Assembly: GCA_965279305.1 (NCBI GenBank)
Contig: OZ257143.1
Span: forward strand, 1,830,001-1,862,000
Source: Gammaproteobacteria bacterium
GTDB taxonomy: Bacteria > Pseudomonadota > Gammaproteobacteria > JBIOEC01
DNA length: 32,000 nucleotides
Direction of reading: 5' to 3'
Position numbers and translations under genes: made by a program. The number at the start of each line of letters is the position of its first letter. Position 1 is the first letter of the stretch. Shown piece after piece: positions 1 to 10,366 of this stretch. The notes under the pieces were generated by a model. That model made no database searches. It saw only the letters and a program-made list of their open reading frames with translations, and was not told the origin of the DNA.

Positions 1-3000
1 CATCATTGCCTTTCCATTCAGCTGGATGCCAAGAATGTTGTACTACTCTTACAATTCGTTCAGGGTGTGGCATCATAATAGTGACTCGTCCATCGGTTGT
101 GGTAAAACCGGTTGCACCATTTGCTGATCCATTCGGATTGGCAGGATAACGTTCTGTTGCTTGCCCATGACCATCCACATAACGCGCACAAATTAAAGGA
201 GCGTCGCCTTTCACATTTTCGGCAAAACCTTCACCATGAGACACAATAATCGGTAATATGCTGCCTTCCATCCCTTTTAATAAAATCGAAGGTGATTCCG
301 CTATTTCTACATTCACTAATCGCGCTTCAAATTGCTCAGAGCGATTCGACATAAAATAAGGCCAGGCATCAGCACCCGGAATAAGCTCACGTAAATGCGA
401 TAACATTTGGCATCCATTACAAATACCTAATGTGAAAGTATTATTCCGTGCAAAAAACTCAGCGAACACATCGCGCGCCACTTCGTTTCTTAATATAGTA
501 GCAGCCCAACCGCGTCCTGCACCTAATACGTCTCCGTAAGAAAAACCACCGCAGGCCGCTAAACCATTAAAACCAGAAAGCTCTACACGACCCGATAATA
601 TATCGGTCATATGTACATCCACGGCTTCAAAACCGGCATGCATAAATGCGGCGGCCATTTCTAAATGTCCATTAACGCCTTGTTCACGTAAAATAGCCAC
701 TTTAGGCGCAATACCTTTATTAATATAGGGAGCTGCGATATCGTCACTCATATCAAAATTGATCTTGGCGATTAAACCAAGATCATTTTCGCCTAGAACC
801 TGATCAAATTGTTGTAAAGCACATTCAGGATTATCTCTAAGCTTTTGAATTTCATAACTGGTTCTAGACCATTTACGCTGTAAATCCACACGGTTGGCTT
901 GATAAATAAATTGATCAGATTTAATAGTAATATCATTATTACCATTCACTTTTGCTATTTCATGGCAGTATTGATCTAATTGATTTTTGTCAAAAATACT
1001 TTTTACTTTATCTACATCATTCATGCGAACTTGCACGACCACACCCAGCTCTTCATTAAATAAAACGGGTAAGCTTTCACCTAAATGGCTTATATCAATA
1101 TCTAAACCACAATGACTGGCAAAAGCCATCTCTAATAAAGTGGTGATTAATCCACCGTCTGAACGATCGTGGTAAGCTAACAATAATTCTTGATGACGCA
1201 GTTCTTGTAATGCACTAAAAAATTTCACTAGTAATTCAGGTTCTTCAACATTAGGGGGCACATCACCGATATGATTAAATACTTGTGCCAGTGCACTTCC
1301 ACCTAAACGCTGCTGCCCTTTTGCTAAATCAATAAACAATAATTGTGTATCGTGTTGCGTATCTAATAATGGAGTCAGTGTTTTTCTAATATCATTCACC
1401 GCTGAAAACGCAGTCACATTTAAAGATACAGGCGATACTACTAATTTATCGCCTGACCATGCAGAGCGCATGGATAAAGAATCTTTACCGACTGGAACGC
1501 TGATACCAAGTGCATAACACATATCATATGAAAGTGCTTTCACGGCTGCGTATAAACCAGCATCTTCACCTTCATATCCGCAAGCGGCCATCCAGTTTGC
1601 AGATAGTTTGACTTGATTGAGTGCTTTAATATCGGCCGCCATTAAATTTAATACAGCTTCACCTACCGCAATTCTTCCACTGGCAGCAGGATCTAATAAT
1701 GCAATAGGAGGTCTTTCACCTAATGCCATTGCTTCACCCGCAAAACCTTTATAATCAGCTGCAGTAACAGCTACGTCAGCAACAGGTACTTGCCATGGTC
1801 CAATCATTTGATCACGTGCCACCATACCGCCTACAGAGCGATCAGCAATGGTAATTAAAAATGTTTTATCAGACACGCAAGGTAATTGAAGTACACGATC
1901 AATTGCATCTTCTAATGAAATGGTTTTTAAATCTAAGGCTTGATGATTTTTCTTAACGGTTTTCACATTACGCGTTAAAGTTGGCATATTTTCTAATAAT
2001 GCAGGCAATGGTAAATCTACAGGATTATTATTTTCATCATGCACTATTAATTGTTGTGATTCCGTAGCGGTTCCCACCACGGCAAAAATACAACGTTCAC
2101 GCTCGGCTATTTGTTGAAATAACGGTAAATCATTTTTTGAAATGGATAATACATAACGTTCTTGTGCTTCATTGCACCAGAGCTCTAAAGGTGACAAGCT
2201 AGGATCAGCCGTTGGAATTTTTGATAAATCAATTTTTCCACCACGACCACTATCATGTAATAATTCAGGCAATGCGTTTGATAAACCACCTGCACCTACG
2301 TCATGAATAGCCACAATAGGATTTTTTTCGCCGAGTGCCCAACAAGCATCAATCACTTCTTGGCAACGTCTTTCCATTTCAGCATTATCACGCTGCACTG
2401 ATGCAAAATCTAAATCAATTTTTTTATCGCTAGCTTCCATTGAAGAAGCCGCACCACCACCTAAACCAATTAATAATGCAGGGCCACCTAAAACAATTAA
2501 TAACATGTCAGGTTGTAATTGATTTTTATGAACATGTTGCTCACGAATATTTCCAATACCACCGGCCAACATAATCGGCTTATGATATCCGCGATGGAGG
2601 CCATCTAAGGTAGTTTGTTCAAAAGTGCGGAAATATCCACAAATATTGGGGCGACCAAATTCATTACCAAAACGCGCAGCACCAATAGGCGCTTCCAACA
2701 TAATGGCTAAACTTGATGCCATATTTTGCGGATATCCGTAAGGTGCTTCCCAAGGTTGCGGATCATCAGGAATATGCAAATTAGAAACGGTATATCCTAC
2801 TAATCCTGCTTTGCTATGCGCACCGCGGCCTGTTGCACCTTCATCACGAATTTCACCGCCTGTTCCTGTCGCCGCACCCGGTGCAGGTGCAATAGCGGTT
2901 GGGTGATTATGAGTTTCTACTTTAGCAACAAAATGAATATTTTCAGAAACGGTTTGATAACGATGTGAAAGTGGATCTGCAAAAAAGCGCTCACCTTTAC

Positions 3001-3853
3001 TGCCTTCAATCACGGCCGCATTATCAGAATAGGCAATTAAAGTGCCTTGAGGATTACGTTTATGTGTATCTTTGATCATGCCAAATAAACTAGAGGGCTG
3101 CGCTTGCCCATCAATAATCCATTCGCTACGAAAAATTTTGTGACGGCAATGCTCTGAATTCATTTGCGCGTACATCATTAATTCAACATCGGTAGGATTG
3201 CGCTTTAATTCGGTAAATAACCCTTGTAAATAATCGATTTCAGGATTACTTAACGCTAAACCCCATTGTTGGTTGGCTTTTATCAGGGCATCACGGCCTT
3301 CTAACAATACAGGGCATTCTGTTACTGAACGACGCGCAGGGTGGCCAAATAACATTTCTGGTGTAGGTGGCTCGAATAAGGCTGACTCTGTCATGCGATC
3401 ATGCAAAACGGGGAATATCAGATCCCAATCCGTTGTCGTTAAGGGTGACGTGCTATCAATACGATACACACAGCCACGCTCAACTCGCTTAATATCTTTC
3501 CATCCACACACCTGCAAAATCTGGGTGGCCTTGCTAGACCAGGAAGACAAGGTGCCTATTCGAGGCAAAACCCATAGGCTTTGAGAAAGATTATTGCCTT
3601 CTGGAACCACTTCTTCAACTACATTGTTTACCAGCACTTCTGATACGATTTCATTAAAATTTTGCTCTGTGGGCTTATTTAATAAGGCTTTTAATTCAGC
3701 CGTTTGTTCGGCTGTGACAGGAGAGCTAATATCGATAAAATAGACCCAAGAAGCCTGAACATCTGCAATTTTAGAGACTAAAGAGGCTAATCGTTGACGC
3801 AGACGGACCAATTGCACAGAACTAAAAGCGGAAGGTCCATTAAGTAGTAGCAT
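1..3853 (-). CDS. purL: Phosphoribosylformylglycinamidine synthase, large single-chain form (partial; the last ~10-15 codons lie beyond the window start)
   Basis: Absent from the ORF track because it runs off the edge. My minus-strand translation from ATG 3853-3851 reads [65 protein letters not shown], which looks like a PurL N-terminus. The same frame near position 190 reads [63 protein letters not shown], the conserved amidotransferase C-terminus. No other ORF of 60 aa or more is reported in 1-3272. Confidence 0.93.
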   Translation of the reverse strand, partial: MLLLNGPSAFSSVQLVRLRQRLASLVSKIADVQASWVYFIDISSPVTAEQTAELKALLNKPTEQNFNEIVSEVLVNNVVEEVVPEGNNLSQSLWVLPRIGTLSSWSSKATQILQVCGWKDIKRVERGCVYRIDSTSPLTTTDWDLIFPVLHDRMTESALFEPPTPEMLFGHPARRSVTECPVLLEGRDALIKANQQWGLALSNPEIDYLQGLFTELKRNPTDVELMMYAQMNSEHCRHKIFRSEWIIDGQAQPSSLFGMIKDTHKRNPQGTLIAYSDNAAVIEGSKGERFFADPLSHRYQTVSENIHFVAKVETHNHPTAIAPAPGAATGTGGEIRDEGATGRGAHSKAGLVGYTVSNLHIPDDPQPWEAPYGYPQNMASSLAIMLEAPIGAARFGNEFGRPNICGYFRTFEQTTLDGLHRGYHKPIMLAGGIGNIREQHVHKNQLQPDMLLIVLGGPALLIGLGGGAASSMEASDKKIDLDFASVQRDNAEMERRCQEVIDACWALGEKNPIVAIHDVGAGGLSNALPELLHDSGRGGKIDLSKIPTADPSLSPLELWCNEAQERYVLSISKNDLPLFQQIAERERCIFAVVGTATESQQLIVHDENNNPVDLPLPALLENMPTLTRNVKTVKKNHQALDLKTISLEDAIDRVLQLPCVSDKTFLITIADRSVGGMVARDQMIGPWQVPVADVAVTAADYKGFAGEAMALGERPPIALLDPAASGRIAVGEAVLNLMAADIKALNQVKLSANWMAACGYEGEDAGLYAAVKALSYDMCYALGISVPVGKDSLSMRSAWSGDKLVVSPVSLNVTAFSAVNDIRKTLTPLLDTQHDTQLLFIDLAKGQQRLGGSALAQVFNHIGDVPPNVEEPELLVKFFSALQELRHQELLLAYHDRSDGGLITTLLEMAFASHCGLDIDISHLGESLPVLFNEELGVVVQVRMNDVDKVKSIFDKNQLDQYCHEIAKVNGNNDITIKSDQFIYQANRVDLQRKWSRTSYEIQKLRDNPECALQQFDQVLGENDLGLIAKINFDMSDDIAAPYINKGIAPKVAILREQGVNGHLEMAAAFMHAGFEAVDVHMTDILSGRVELSGFNGLAACGGFSYGDVLGAGRGWAATILRNEVARDVFAEFFARNNTFTLGICNGCQMLSHLRELIPGADAWPYFMSNRSEQFEARLVNVEIAESPSILLKGMEGSILPIIVSHGEGFAENVKGDAPLICARYVDGHGQATERYPANPNGSANGATGFTTTDGRVTIMMPHPERIVRVVQHSWHPAEWKGND

Positions 3854-3959
3854 AGCCTGCCTTTTTGAGTGAAATAATACCCCGCTATTATGCCCGATTG
3901 GATGAACAGGGGCAAATAAACCTTATTTCCATCTGACTGGAGAGGTACCCCATTAATAC

Positions 3960-5306
3960 CTAGACCTCTTTAGATTCAAAATGCTGTTTCCAGGCTTCTA
4001 GCTCCTGTTGGCTAATACCTATTCCTGCAATAGTATGAGGCGCCAACTCAGATAAATCTTTTTTCACATCTTTCATGAATTGTTGCCGATCAGTCGTAGG
4101 AATTATTTCATTGGTACGTTGATTAATTAAAATAGATATATTGGGCTCATAAATAAGATTGCGTACAATTTCAGCAAGCAATTGCCTGCGTTCAGTCCGA
4201 TAAAATACACGCACAGGGTCAATACCCAACGCTTGTGCCGCTACCGTATAATGTTTACAGCTACGTAAATAAGACCAGCAATAGAGTTCAGATAAGGGGG
4301 TGACATCATTTAGCTCGTATATCACTAACATCGCTGAAATATAATCATCTTTACTAATATCATTAAACGAAAGTGGTACAAGATTATGTTGTACTAAGGG
4401 AATATTGGCTGCAAGCCGTGCAGTACGTTTATTAACATCAATAAAGGCTTGCAAATAAGAAAGATGTACTAAAAGAAAAAAGCTTTGTTCAAACGGATCA
4501 TGAATTTGACTCGCTTTACTTGCTATTTCTTCCATTAATCGCGTTAATTTTTGTACATTTTCTATTGGAACATAAGTAGTTGCCGAAATTCGCACTGCAT
4601 CTGTCCTTACTTGACCAGGCGCTCCAGGATGAACTAAGCCATCTGATAGAATATAATGCAAAGACCGAATATTATTCAAATTAATTTCTATCCGATTAAT
4701 ACCTTCAACCAGAAATTTGATCGCCTCCTTATGATTCAAAATCATAATGCTTTCAGCATCCATTTTATCAATAGCCAATTTTCCTTCAAAAATTAATTTT
4801 TCTGTTTCTAATAGAGAATAGGTGTTTCCTTCTAATCTTGATGAGTTGTACGATAAGTCAATCAGCAGTCGATTGAAAATCTTATGCGCATAGGTACCCG
4901 CAGGAAGTTCCTGACTAAGCCGTTTGCCATTTTCATAAAGTTCCTTGCGTTGTGCTGCATTTAAGTAAAATGTTTGATTAGGAATATAAGCATTCAACCA
5001 TTCTTCATGATAAGAACAAGGCTGACGTTGCATCAATGGAGCGCGTACTTGTGAAAGCAAACCCACACTTTTTTCAGTAAAGATAGGATGTTTATCCTCT
5101 GTAAGTGGGGTTCTCACTCGATACACGCTGTACTTTCTTCCCTTGTTTTTCCCTGTTTTTTTTATAGCACCGTCCTGCACCAATTGTGATAACCAGCGAC
5201 TCAGGGTGCGATCAGACACGGATAAATGTTTTTTTAGAACTGCCAGCGAAACCGGTTCCGAGTAGTTTTCCAGTATGCTCAGCAGGATTTGTTGGTTTGT
5301 TGACAT
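3960..5306 (-). CDS. HTH-Fic family protein with a non-canonical (probably catalytically altered) Fic motif
   Basis: 448-aa ORF. The N-terminus looks like a winged HTH (SLAVLKKHLSVSDRTLSRWLSQLVQDGAIKK). An inhibitory-helix motif [ST]xxxE[GN] is present as SSRLEG (aa 155-160). The Fic core position reads LQAFIDVNKRTARL (aa 285-298, nt 4416-4451) against the canonical HPFx[DE]GNGRxxR. Confidence 0.8.
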   Translation of the reverse strand: MSTNQQILLSILENYSEPVSLAVLKKHLSVSDRTLSRWLSQLVQDGAIKKTGKNKGRKYSVYRVRTPLTEDKHPIFTEKSVGLLSQVRAPLMQRQPCSYHEEWLNAYIPNQTFYLNAAQRKELYENGKRLSQELPAGTYAHKIFNRLLIDLSYNSSRLEGNTYSLLETEKLIFEGKLAIDKMDAESIMILNHKEAIKFLVEGINRIEINLNNIRSLHYILSDGLVHPGAPGQVRTDAVRISATTYVPIENVQKLTRLMEEIASKASQIHDPFEQSFFLLVHLSYLQAFIDVNKRTARLAANIPLVQHNLVPLSFNDISKDDYISAMLVIYELNDVTPLSELYCWSYLRSCKHYTVAAQALGIDPVRVFYRTERRQLLAEIVRNLIYEPNISILINQRTNEIIPTTDRQQFMKDVKKDLSELAPHTIAGIGISQQELEAWKQHFESKEV

Positions 5307-5310
5307 ATGC

Positions 5311-5404
5311 TTATATCGGCCATTTTGTGATTATATCAGCCAATTATAGTGATATATCAGCCATAAATCAAATATATCAGCCATTTTTTACATTATATCG
5401 GCCA
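5311..5404. repeat. Five direct 12-bp repeats (WTATATCRGCCA) spaced alternately 20 and 21 bp apart; iteron/operator-like array
   Basis: Read directly from the sequence: ttatatcggcca 5311-5322, ttatatcagcca 5331-5342, atatatcagcca 5352-5363, atatatcagcca 5372-5383, ttatatcggcca 5393-5404. The array ends 5 nt upstream of the Fic gene start codon (5306, minus strand). Confidence 0.9.
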
Positions 5405-5438
5405 CACACTGATTAAAAAAGTAGTATCTATCGACCAT

Positions 5439-5466
5439 TTGACAATAAAAAGCCCGCTGATATAGT
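5439..5466 (+). promoter_or_regulatory. Putative sigma70-type promoter for doxX (TTGACA-16 nt-TATAGT)
   Basis: TTGACA at 5439-5444 and TATAGT at 5461-5466. An AAGGGA Shine-Dalgarno lies 4 nt before ATG 5489. Confidence 0.5.
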
Positions 5467-5488
5467 TAATTTAACTATAAGGGACTAT

Positions 5489-5938
5489 ATGACACACACG
5501 CTCTCTCACCTGCTCTTTCTGGTTTTCCATTTTTTAGAAACATTCTGCGCACCGGTTTTACAGCTGATTATCCGCTTATGGATGGCCAATATTTTTTGGA
5601 ATGCAGGCGTTGTGAAAATTTCTGATTGGCAAACCACCCTAGCGCTTTTCCAACAAGAATATAAAGTGCCTTTTATTCAACCCGATGTGGCGGCCTATTT
5701 AGCTGCCATGACCGAGCTTACCTGCCCTGTTTTACTGGTATTAGGCATTGCCACGCGGATAGCCACGATTCCTATGATGATAATGATCCTGGTCATACAG
5801 TTCACCTATCTGAATAGCGATGAACACCTTTATTGGCTGATGTTACTGGGCACTCTACTTTGTTTTGGCCCTGGGCGCTTATCCTTCGATTATTTGTTAA
5901 AACGGCGTAATGATCCTTATTTCACTCAAAAACCTTAA
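5489..5938 (+). CDS. DoxX family inner-membrane protein
   Basis: 149-aa ORF with about four hydrophobic helices. The segment LIIRLWMANIFWNAGVVKI...LAAMTELTCPVLLVLGIATRIATIPMMIMILV follows the typical DoxX pattern. Confidence 0.7.
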   Translation: MTHTLSHLLFLVFHFLETFCAPVLQLIIRLWMANIFWNAGVVKISDWQTTLALFQQEYKVPFIQPDVAAYLAAMTELTCPVLLVLGIATRIATIPMMIMILVIQFTYLNSDEHLYWLMLLGTLLCFGPGRLSFDYLLKRRNDPYFTQKP

Positions 5939-5966
5939 GATTGCCTTATCTTAAATAAGTCGTATA

Positions 5967-6911
5967 ATGACTGCCATGAGCACATCCTTACATCTAGCTT
6001 TTACTCGCGATGAATGGCGTCATTTTCGCTCTGACGTTCCTCTTGCGCTAACAGAATCAGAGCTCGCCGCATTACGTGGCTTTAACGATAAAATATCACT
6101 AGAAGAAGCTGCCGATATTTACTTGCCTTTAGCGCGCCTGATTAACGAATATGTAGGTGCTGCCCAAGAACTCTATAAAGCCAGCAGCCATTTTTTAGGA
6201 ACCGATGTACCTAAAGTGCCTTATATTATTGGTGTAGCAGGCAGTGTGGCGGTAGGCAAAAGTACTACCTCACGTATTTTACAGGCTTTACTTTCTCGTT
6301 GGCCTAATTCACCTCGCGTTGATTGGGTTACCACCGATGGATTTTTATATCCTAATGCGGTTCTAGAAGAAAAAGGACTGATGGAAAAAAAAGGTTTTCC
6401 TCAAAGTTTTGATAGAGCTCGTTTTTTAGATTTTTTAATGGCAGTGAAATCAGGTGAAAAAAAGGTTCAGATCCCTATTTATTCTCATGAACAATACGAT
6501 ATCGTTCCAAATGAATATAAAAACATTAGCCAACCTGATATTTTAATTGTAGAAGGCTTAAATATTTTACAAACCGCACTGGTGAATAAAAAACCTCATC
6601 CTCAAATTTTTATTTCTGATCTTATTGATTTTTCCATTTATGTAGATGCCGATATTAAAACTATTGAAAAATGGTATTTAGATCGTTTTATGGCTTTTCG
6701 TGAATTAGCTAAAAACAAACCCGAATTATTTTTCCATCAGTTTTCAACATGGCCAGATGAAAAAGCCCTAGATTTTGCCAAAAATATTTGGAAAACCATT
6801 AATGAAAAAAACCTACTAGAAAATATTTTACCTTTCAAATATCGTGCTCGTCTTATTTTAGAAAAATCCACCAATCATAAAATTGAAAAAGTATTTCTGA
6901 GACGTTTATAA
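5967..6911 (+). CDS. coaA: Type I pantothenate kinase
   Basis: 314 aa. It appears collinear with E. coli CoaA as I recall it: [29 protein letters not shown] (P-loop), [39 protein letters not shown]. Confidence 0.92.
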   Translation: MTAMSTSLHLAFTRDEWRHFRSDVPLALTESELAALRGFNDKISLEEAADIYLPLARLINEYVGAAQELYKASSHFLGTDVPKVPYIIGVAGSVAVGKSTTSRILQALLSRWPNSPRVDWVTTDGFLYPNAVLEEKGLMEKKGFPQSFDRARFLDFLMAVKSGEKKVQIPIYSHEQYDIVPNEYKNISQPDILIVEGLNILQTALVNKKPHPQIFISDLIDFSIYVDADIKTIEKWYLDRFMAFRELAKNKPELFFHQFSTWPDEKALDFAKNIWKTINEKNLLENILPFKYRARLILEKSTNHKIEKVFLRRL

Positions 6912-6913
6912 TC

Positions 6914-8506
6914 ATGGCTTATCATCACACCGACGTATTAATTATTGGAAGTGGCGCTGCTGGCTTAAGCGTAGCTTTACAGCTATCCCCTTCTATTAAA
7001 GCAACTTTAGTTTGCAAAGATGAATTAGGCGAAGGAAGCACTTACTATGCACAAGGTGGTGTTGCTGCTGTGATGGCTGAAGAAGATACTTTAGACTCTC
7101 ACGTTGAAGATACATTAGTGGCAGGCGCAGGATTATGCGATCTAAAAACAGCAGCCTTTACCGTTGAACATGCAAAAGAATGTATTCAATGGTTAGTGGA
7201 TATGGGCGTAACATTTACACCCAGCACCGATCCACATGCCTCTATTCCTTTTCATTTAGGCCAAGAAGGCGGACACAGCCATAGAAGAATTATTCATGCA
7301 GCCGATTCTACTGGGCAAGCTATTTCTCAAATACTGATTGCACAATTACGAAAAAGAAAAAATGTAAAAATTCATGAAAACGCAATGGCTGTTGATTTAA
7401 TTACACAGCAGGGCCAATGTAAAGGCGCTTATATCTACAATGATAAAACCAGAAACATTGATACTATCAGAGCCAAAGTAGTGGTACTTGCCACAGGTGG
7501 TGCTAGCAAAGTATATTTATATTCCACTAATCCTAATGTATCTAGCGGTGATGGAATTGCTATGGCATGGCGCGCGGGTTGCCGTGTTGCTAACATGGAA
7601 TTTAATCAATTTCATCCTACTTGTTTATATCATCCTAAAGCTAAAACATTATTACTCACCGAAGCGATCCGTGGTGAAGGTGGAAAACTTCGATTGCCCG
7701 ATGGCAGCACTTTTATGGAACGTTTTGATCCACGCGCTGAATTAGCACCTCGCGATATTGTTGCACGTGCGATTGATCATGAAATAAAACGCTTAGGGAT
7801 CCCTTGTGTTTATTTAGATATTAGCCACAAACCTGCTGAGTTTATCAAAGAACATTTCCCTATGCTTTATGAACGTTGTAAAGAATATGGTTTTGATATG
7901 ACTAAAGAACCATTACCTGTCGTTCCTGCTGCTCATTATACGTGTGGTGGCGTAGTTACCGATTTAAATGGCAATACCGATATCAAAAATCTTTATGCTA
8001 TTGGTGAAGTAGCCTATACCGGATTGCATGGCGCAAATCGCATGGCAAGTAATTCGATTTTAGAATGCTTAGTTTTTGCTAATAGTGCCTCCAAACATAT
8101 TAATAATTCTATTAATACTATTGAAGAAGCCGCTCAACTACCCGAATGGGATGCTAGCCAAGTTACCGATTCTGACGAAGAAGTAGTAGTTTCTCACAAC
8201 TGGGAAGAACTCAGACGATTTATGTGGAACTACGTAGGTATTGTAAGAACCAATAAACGTTTAGAAAGAGCGCAGCATCGAGTGGAATTATTAAAGCGCG
8301 AAATTCATGAGTATTACAGTAGCTTTCAGCTGACTCCCAATTTAATTGAATTACGTAATTTAGTATTAGTCGCCGATCTTATTATAAAATCGGCAATATC
8401 GCGCAAAGAAAGCCGTGGCCTGCATTTTAATTTAGATTACCCTTGTGCTTCTGATACTTGTTTGCATCCTACGATTTTAAGTAAAACTCACTCTAAGCAA
8501 GAATAA
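6914..8506 (+). CDS. nadB: L-aspartate oxidase
   Basis: 530 aa. FAD-binding N-terminus [13 protein letters not shown], then [31 protein letters not shown] and RGEGG, all typical of NadB. Confidence 0.92.
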   Translation: MAYHHTDVLIIGSGAAGLSVALQLSPSIKATLVCKDELGEGSTYYAQGGVAAVMAEEDTLDSHVEDTLVAGAGLCDLKTAAFTVEHAKECIQWLVDMGVTFTPSTDPHASIPFHLGQEGGHSHRRIIHAADSTGQAISQILIAQLRKRKNVKIHENAMAVDLITQQGQCKGAYIYNDKTRNIDTIRAKVVVLATGGASKVYLYSTNPNVSSGDGIAMAWRAGCRVANMEFNQFHPTCLYHPKAKTLLLTEAIRGEGGKLRLPDGSTFMERFDPRAELAPRDIVARAIDHEIKRLGIPCVYLDISHKPAEFIKEHFPMLYERCKEYGFDMTKEPLPVVPAAHYTCGGVVTDLNGNTDIKNLYAIGEVAYTGLHGANRMASNSILECLVFANSASKHINNSINTIEEAAQLPEWDASQVTDSDEEVVVSHNWEELRRFMWNYVGIVRTNKRLERAQHRVELLKREIHEYYSSFQLTPNLIELRNLVLVADLIIKSAISRKESRGLHFNLDYPCASDTCLHPTILSKTHSKQE

Positions 8507-8571
8507 AAAATCTCTTTACTTTAAACCGTAACCTATTTAGAATTTAATAATAGTTTAATTTTGGAAACAGT

Positions 8572-8856
8572 ATGTCAACCGATTCAAAAAAAATTGATTC
8601 AGAAATAACCGAGTCAGGCCGCTTAGCTCGCTTAAAATGGCGATGCCGACGAGGTATGAAAGAGCTCGATTTATTCTTAATTCCTTTTATTAACTCTAAT
8701 ATCAGTTCTCTTACAACTAGCGATATTGAAACTTTAGAGATAATGCTAGAAGAACCCGATCCTGATTTATACAGCTGGTTGGCCGGTTACTGCTGCCCTC
8801 TTAACGCGGAATGGGAAGCCATGTGCGAGAAAATTCGTGTACAGCATTACGCCTAA
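8572..8856 (+). CDS. sdhE: FAD assembly factor SdhE (YgfY/CptB family)
   Basis: 94 aa. RLKWRCRRGMKELDLFL matches the RGxxE SdhE signature. A ygfX-like gene follows, as in enterobacteria. Confidence 0.85.
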   Translation: MSTDSKKIDSEITESGRLARLKWRCRRGMKELDLFLIPFINSNISSLTTSDIETLEIMLEEPDPDLYSWLAGYCCPLNAEWEAMCEKIRVQHYA

Positions 8857-9325
8857 TTTGATTATTACTGTTCCTCGTTCCCGTTATTTAACGATAAGCC
8901 TTTTATTCTGCACTATCGGTTCTTTTTTTATCATCTACTCTTTATCTCTGAATATCTTAACTAAACTGGCTATTGCTTTAATCGTATTGATTTACAGTGC
9001 ATATTTGTACCTTCACCATATTCGTTCAGAACTACCCTATTCATGTGTTAAAATACAATTATTACAAAAAGTAGAATGGATGCTACAATTAAGTAATGGA
9101 AAAATCGATTCAGGCATTTTACGAGCAGATACTTATGTATCTTCATGGTTAATTATTTTTCGCTTTCAAACGAGAAAACCATGGCCATTTAATAAAATAA
9201 GCATTCTATTGTTTGCGAAAGAAGTTGATTCAGAACTCTGGAGAAAACTCAATATTTACTTACGCTGGCAAGCTCAAAAATATTTAAACCCAACAATATT
9301 AATAGATAACGAGAAATCAAAATGA
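8837..9325 (+). CDS. YgfX/CptA-like small membrane protein
   Basis: 162-aa ORF with two N-terminal TM helices and a C-terminal segment (DSELWRKLNIYLRW) resembling YgfX. It sits immediately after sdhE. Only GTG (8837) or TTG starts are available, so the start is uncertain. Confidence 0.6.
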   Translation: MYSITPNLIITVPRSRYLTISLLFCTIGSFFIIYSLSLNILTKLAIALIVLIYSAYLYLHHIRSELPYSCVKIQLLQKVEWMLQLSNGKIDSGILRADTYVSSWLIIFRFQTRKPWPFNKISILLFAKEVDSELWRKLNIYLRWQAQKYLNPTILIDNEKSK

Positions 9326-10221
9326 ATACTGTTGCACCCATAAGCCATTATACCTTAATAAAAATTCACGGCGATCAGGCACAAGAATTCTTGCAAGGGC
9401 AATTAACCTGTGATGTAAAAAAAATTGGTACTAACCATTATTCTCTCACCGCTTATTGCGATGCCAAAGGCAGAATGTGGAGCATAGCTCGCTTATTTCA
9501 AATCCAAGATGATTATTTTCTTTTTTTACCAGTTGAGGTAGCAGAAGAAACCGCCAATGATTTAAATAAATACGCAAAATTTTCTAAAGTAAGCGTGAGT
9601 ATTGAACCAAATTATTCCGCTTTATTAGTTCATTCTAATGAATTATCAAACCTATTAAATAAAACCTTGCCTGATAAAGCCTATGAATATTCCCAGCTAA
9701 ATGATGTGACTATTTTATATTTACAGGTTAATTCTTATTTGGTTATTGGCAATAAAAAAGCCATCAGCGAATTAGAAGATAAATTAGCAAAAACAGATCA
9801 TCTACATCTTCCCACATCTGCATGGGATTTATCCGAAATACAAATGGCAATTCCTACGGTATGGAAAGAAACATTAGGTGAATTATTACCTCATGAAGTG
9901 AATTTACCTGAGCTCAATGGCGTAAGCTTTACCAAAGGTTGTTATAAAGGCCAAGAAATTATTGCCCGCATGCAATATAGAGGTCAGCGCAAAAAACATA
10001 TGTATCAAGCTCATTTCGGCGGAAACGAATTACCACTTCCAGGCTCTGTGATTACCGACGAAGAACAAAAGAAAGTAGGCGAAGTAGTATCCGCCGCACC
10101 CAATTTATCAGGAACATTCGAGCTATTAGCCGTCTTATCTAACGCTGCTATCGATGAAAAGAAAGAGCTATTACTCAATGGTAATAGATTAACTCAAATA
10201 ATTTTAGATGTTAATTTTTAG
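9322..10221 (+). CDS. ygfZ: Folate-binding Fe-S cluster repair/tRNA-modification protein YgfZ
   Basis: 299 aa. Carries the signature KGCYKGQEIIARMQYRG (KGCYxGQE). Its start overlaps the upstream stop as ATGA. Confidence 0.88.
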   Translation: MNTVAPISHYTLIKIHGDQAQEFLQGQLTCDVKKIGTNHYSLTAYCDAKGRMWSIARLFQIQDDYFLFLPVEVAEETANDLNKYAKFSKVSVSIEPNYSALLVHSNELSNLLNKTLPDKAYEYSQLNDVTILYLQVNSYLVIGNKKAISELEDKLAKTDHLHLPTSAWDLSEIQMAIPTVWKETLGELLPHEVNLPELNGVSFTKGCYKGQEIIARMQYRGQRKKHMYQAHFGGNELPLPGSVITDEEQKKVGEVVSAAPNLSGTFELLAVLSNAAIDEKKELLLNGNRLTQIILDVNF

Positions 10222-10366
10222 TATCAGGTTTTTTTATTAGCTCTTCCCTAAATAAAGAAGATGCACTATAATACTATTAAATTAAGAATAAATTAATTTG
10301 ATTTGTATTGTAAACCATAGTAGAGTTCTATAGTAGTTCCTCTAAAAATGTAAAAAGGAAATCTAT

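Noticed and set aside
3273-3584. 103-aa plus-strand ORF
   Set aside because: It lies wholly antisense within the purL coding region, whose minus-strand frame is continuous and strongly PurL-like. It has no recognisable motif or ribosome-binding site.
5311-5404. Could the five regularly spaced repeats be a mini-CRISPR array?
   Set aside because: The repeats are only 12 bp with 8-9 bp spacers, far below CRISPR dimensions. No cas genes or leader are present. An operator or iteron reading fits better.
5186-5416. 76-aa plus-strand ORF crossing the Fic start and the repeat array
   Set aside because: It is a translation of the 12-bp repeat array (periodic YIGHF/ISANY/ISAIN/IYQPF). It overlaps the 5' end of the Fic gene and is a repeat artefact.
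7488-7745. 85-aa plus-strand ORF in an alternative frame inside nadB
   Set aside because: It is embedded in the well-supported nadB frame and its low-complexity hydrophobic translation has no supporting signals.
8572-9325. sdhE-ygfX as a CptB/CptA toxin-antitoxin system of special interest
   Set aside because: This is a conserved housekeeping gene pair in gammaproteobacteria sitting in its usual context with ygfZ. Nothing about it is unusual here.
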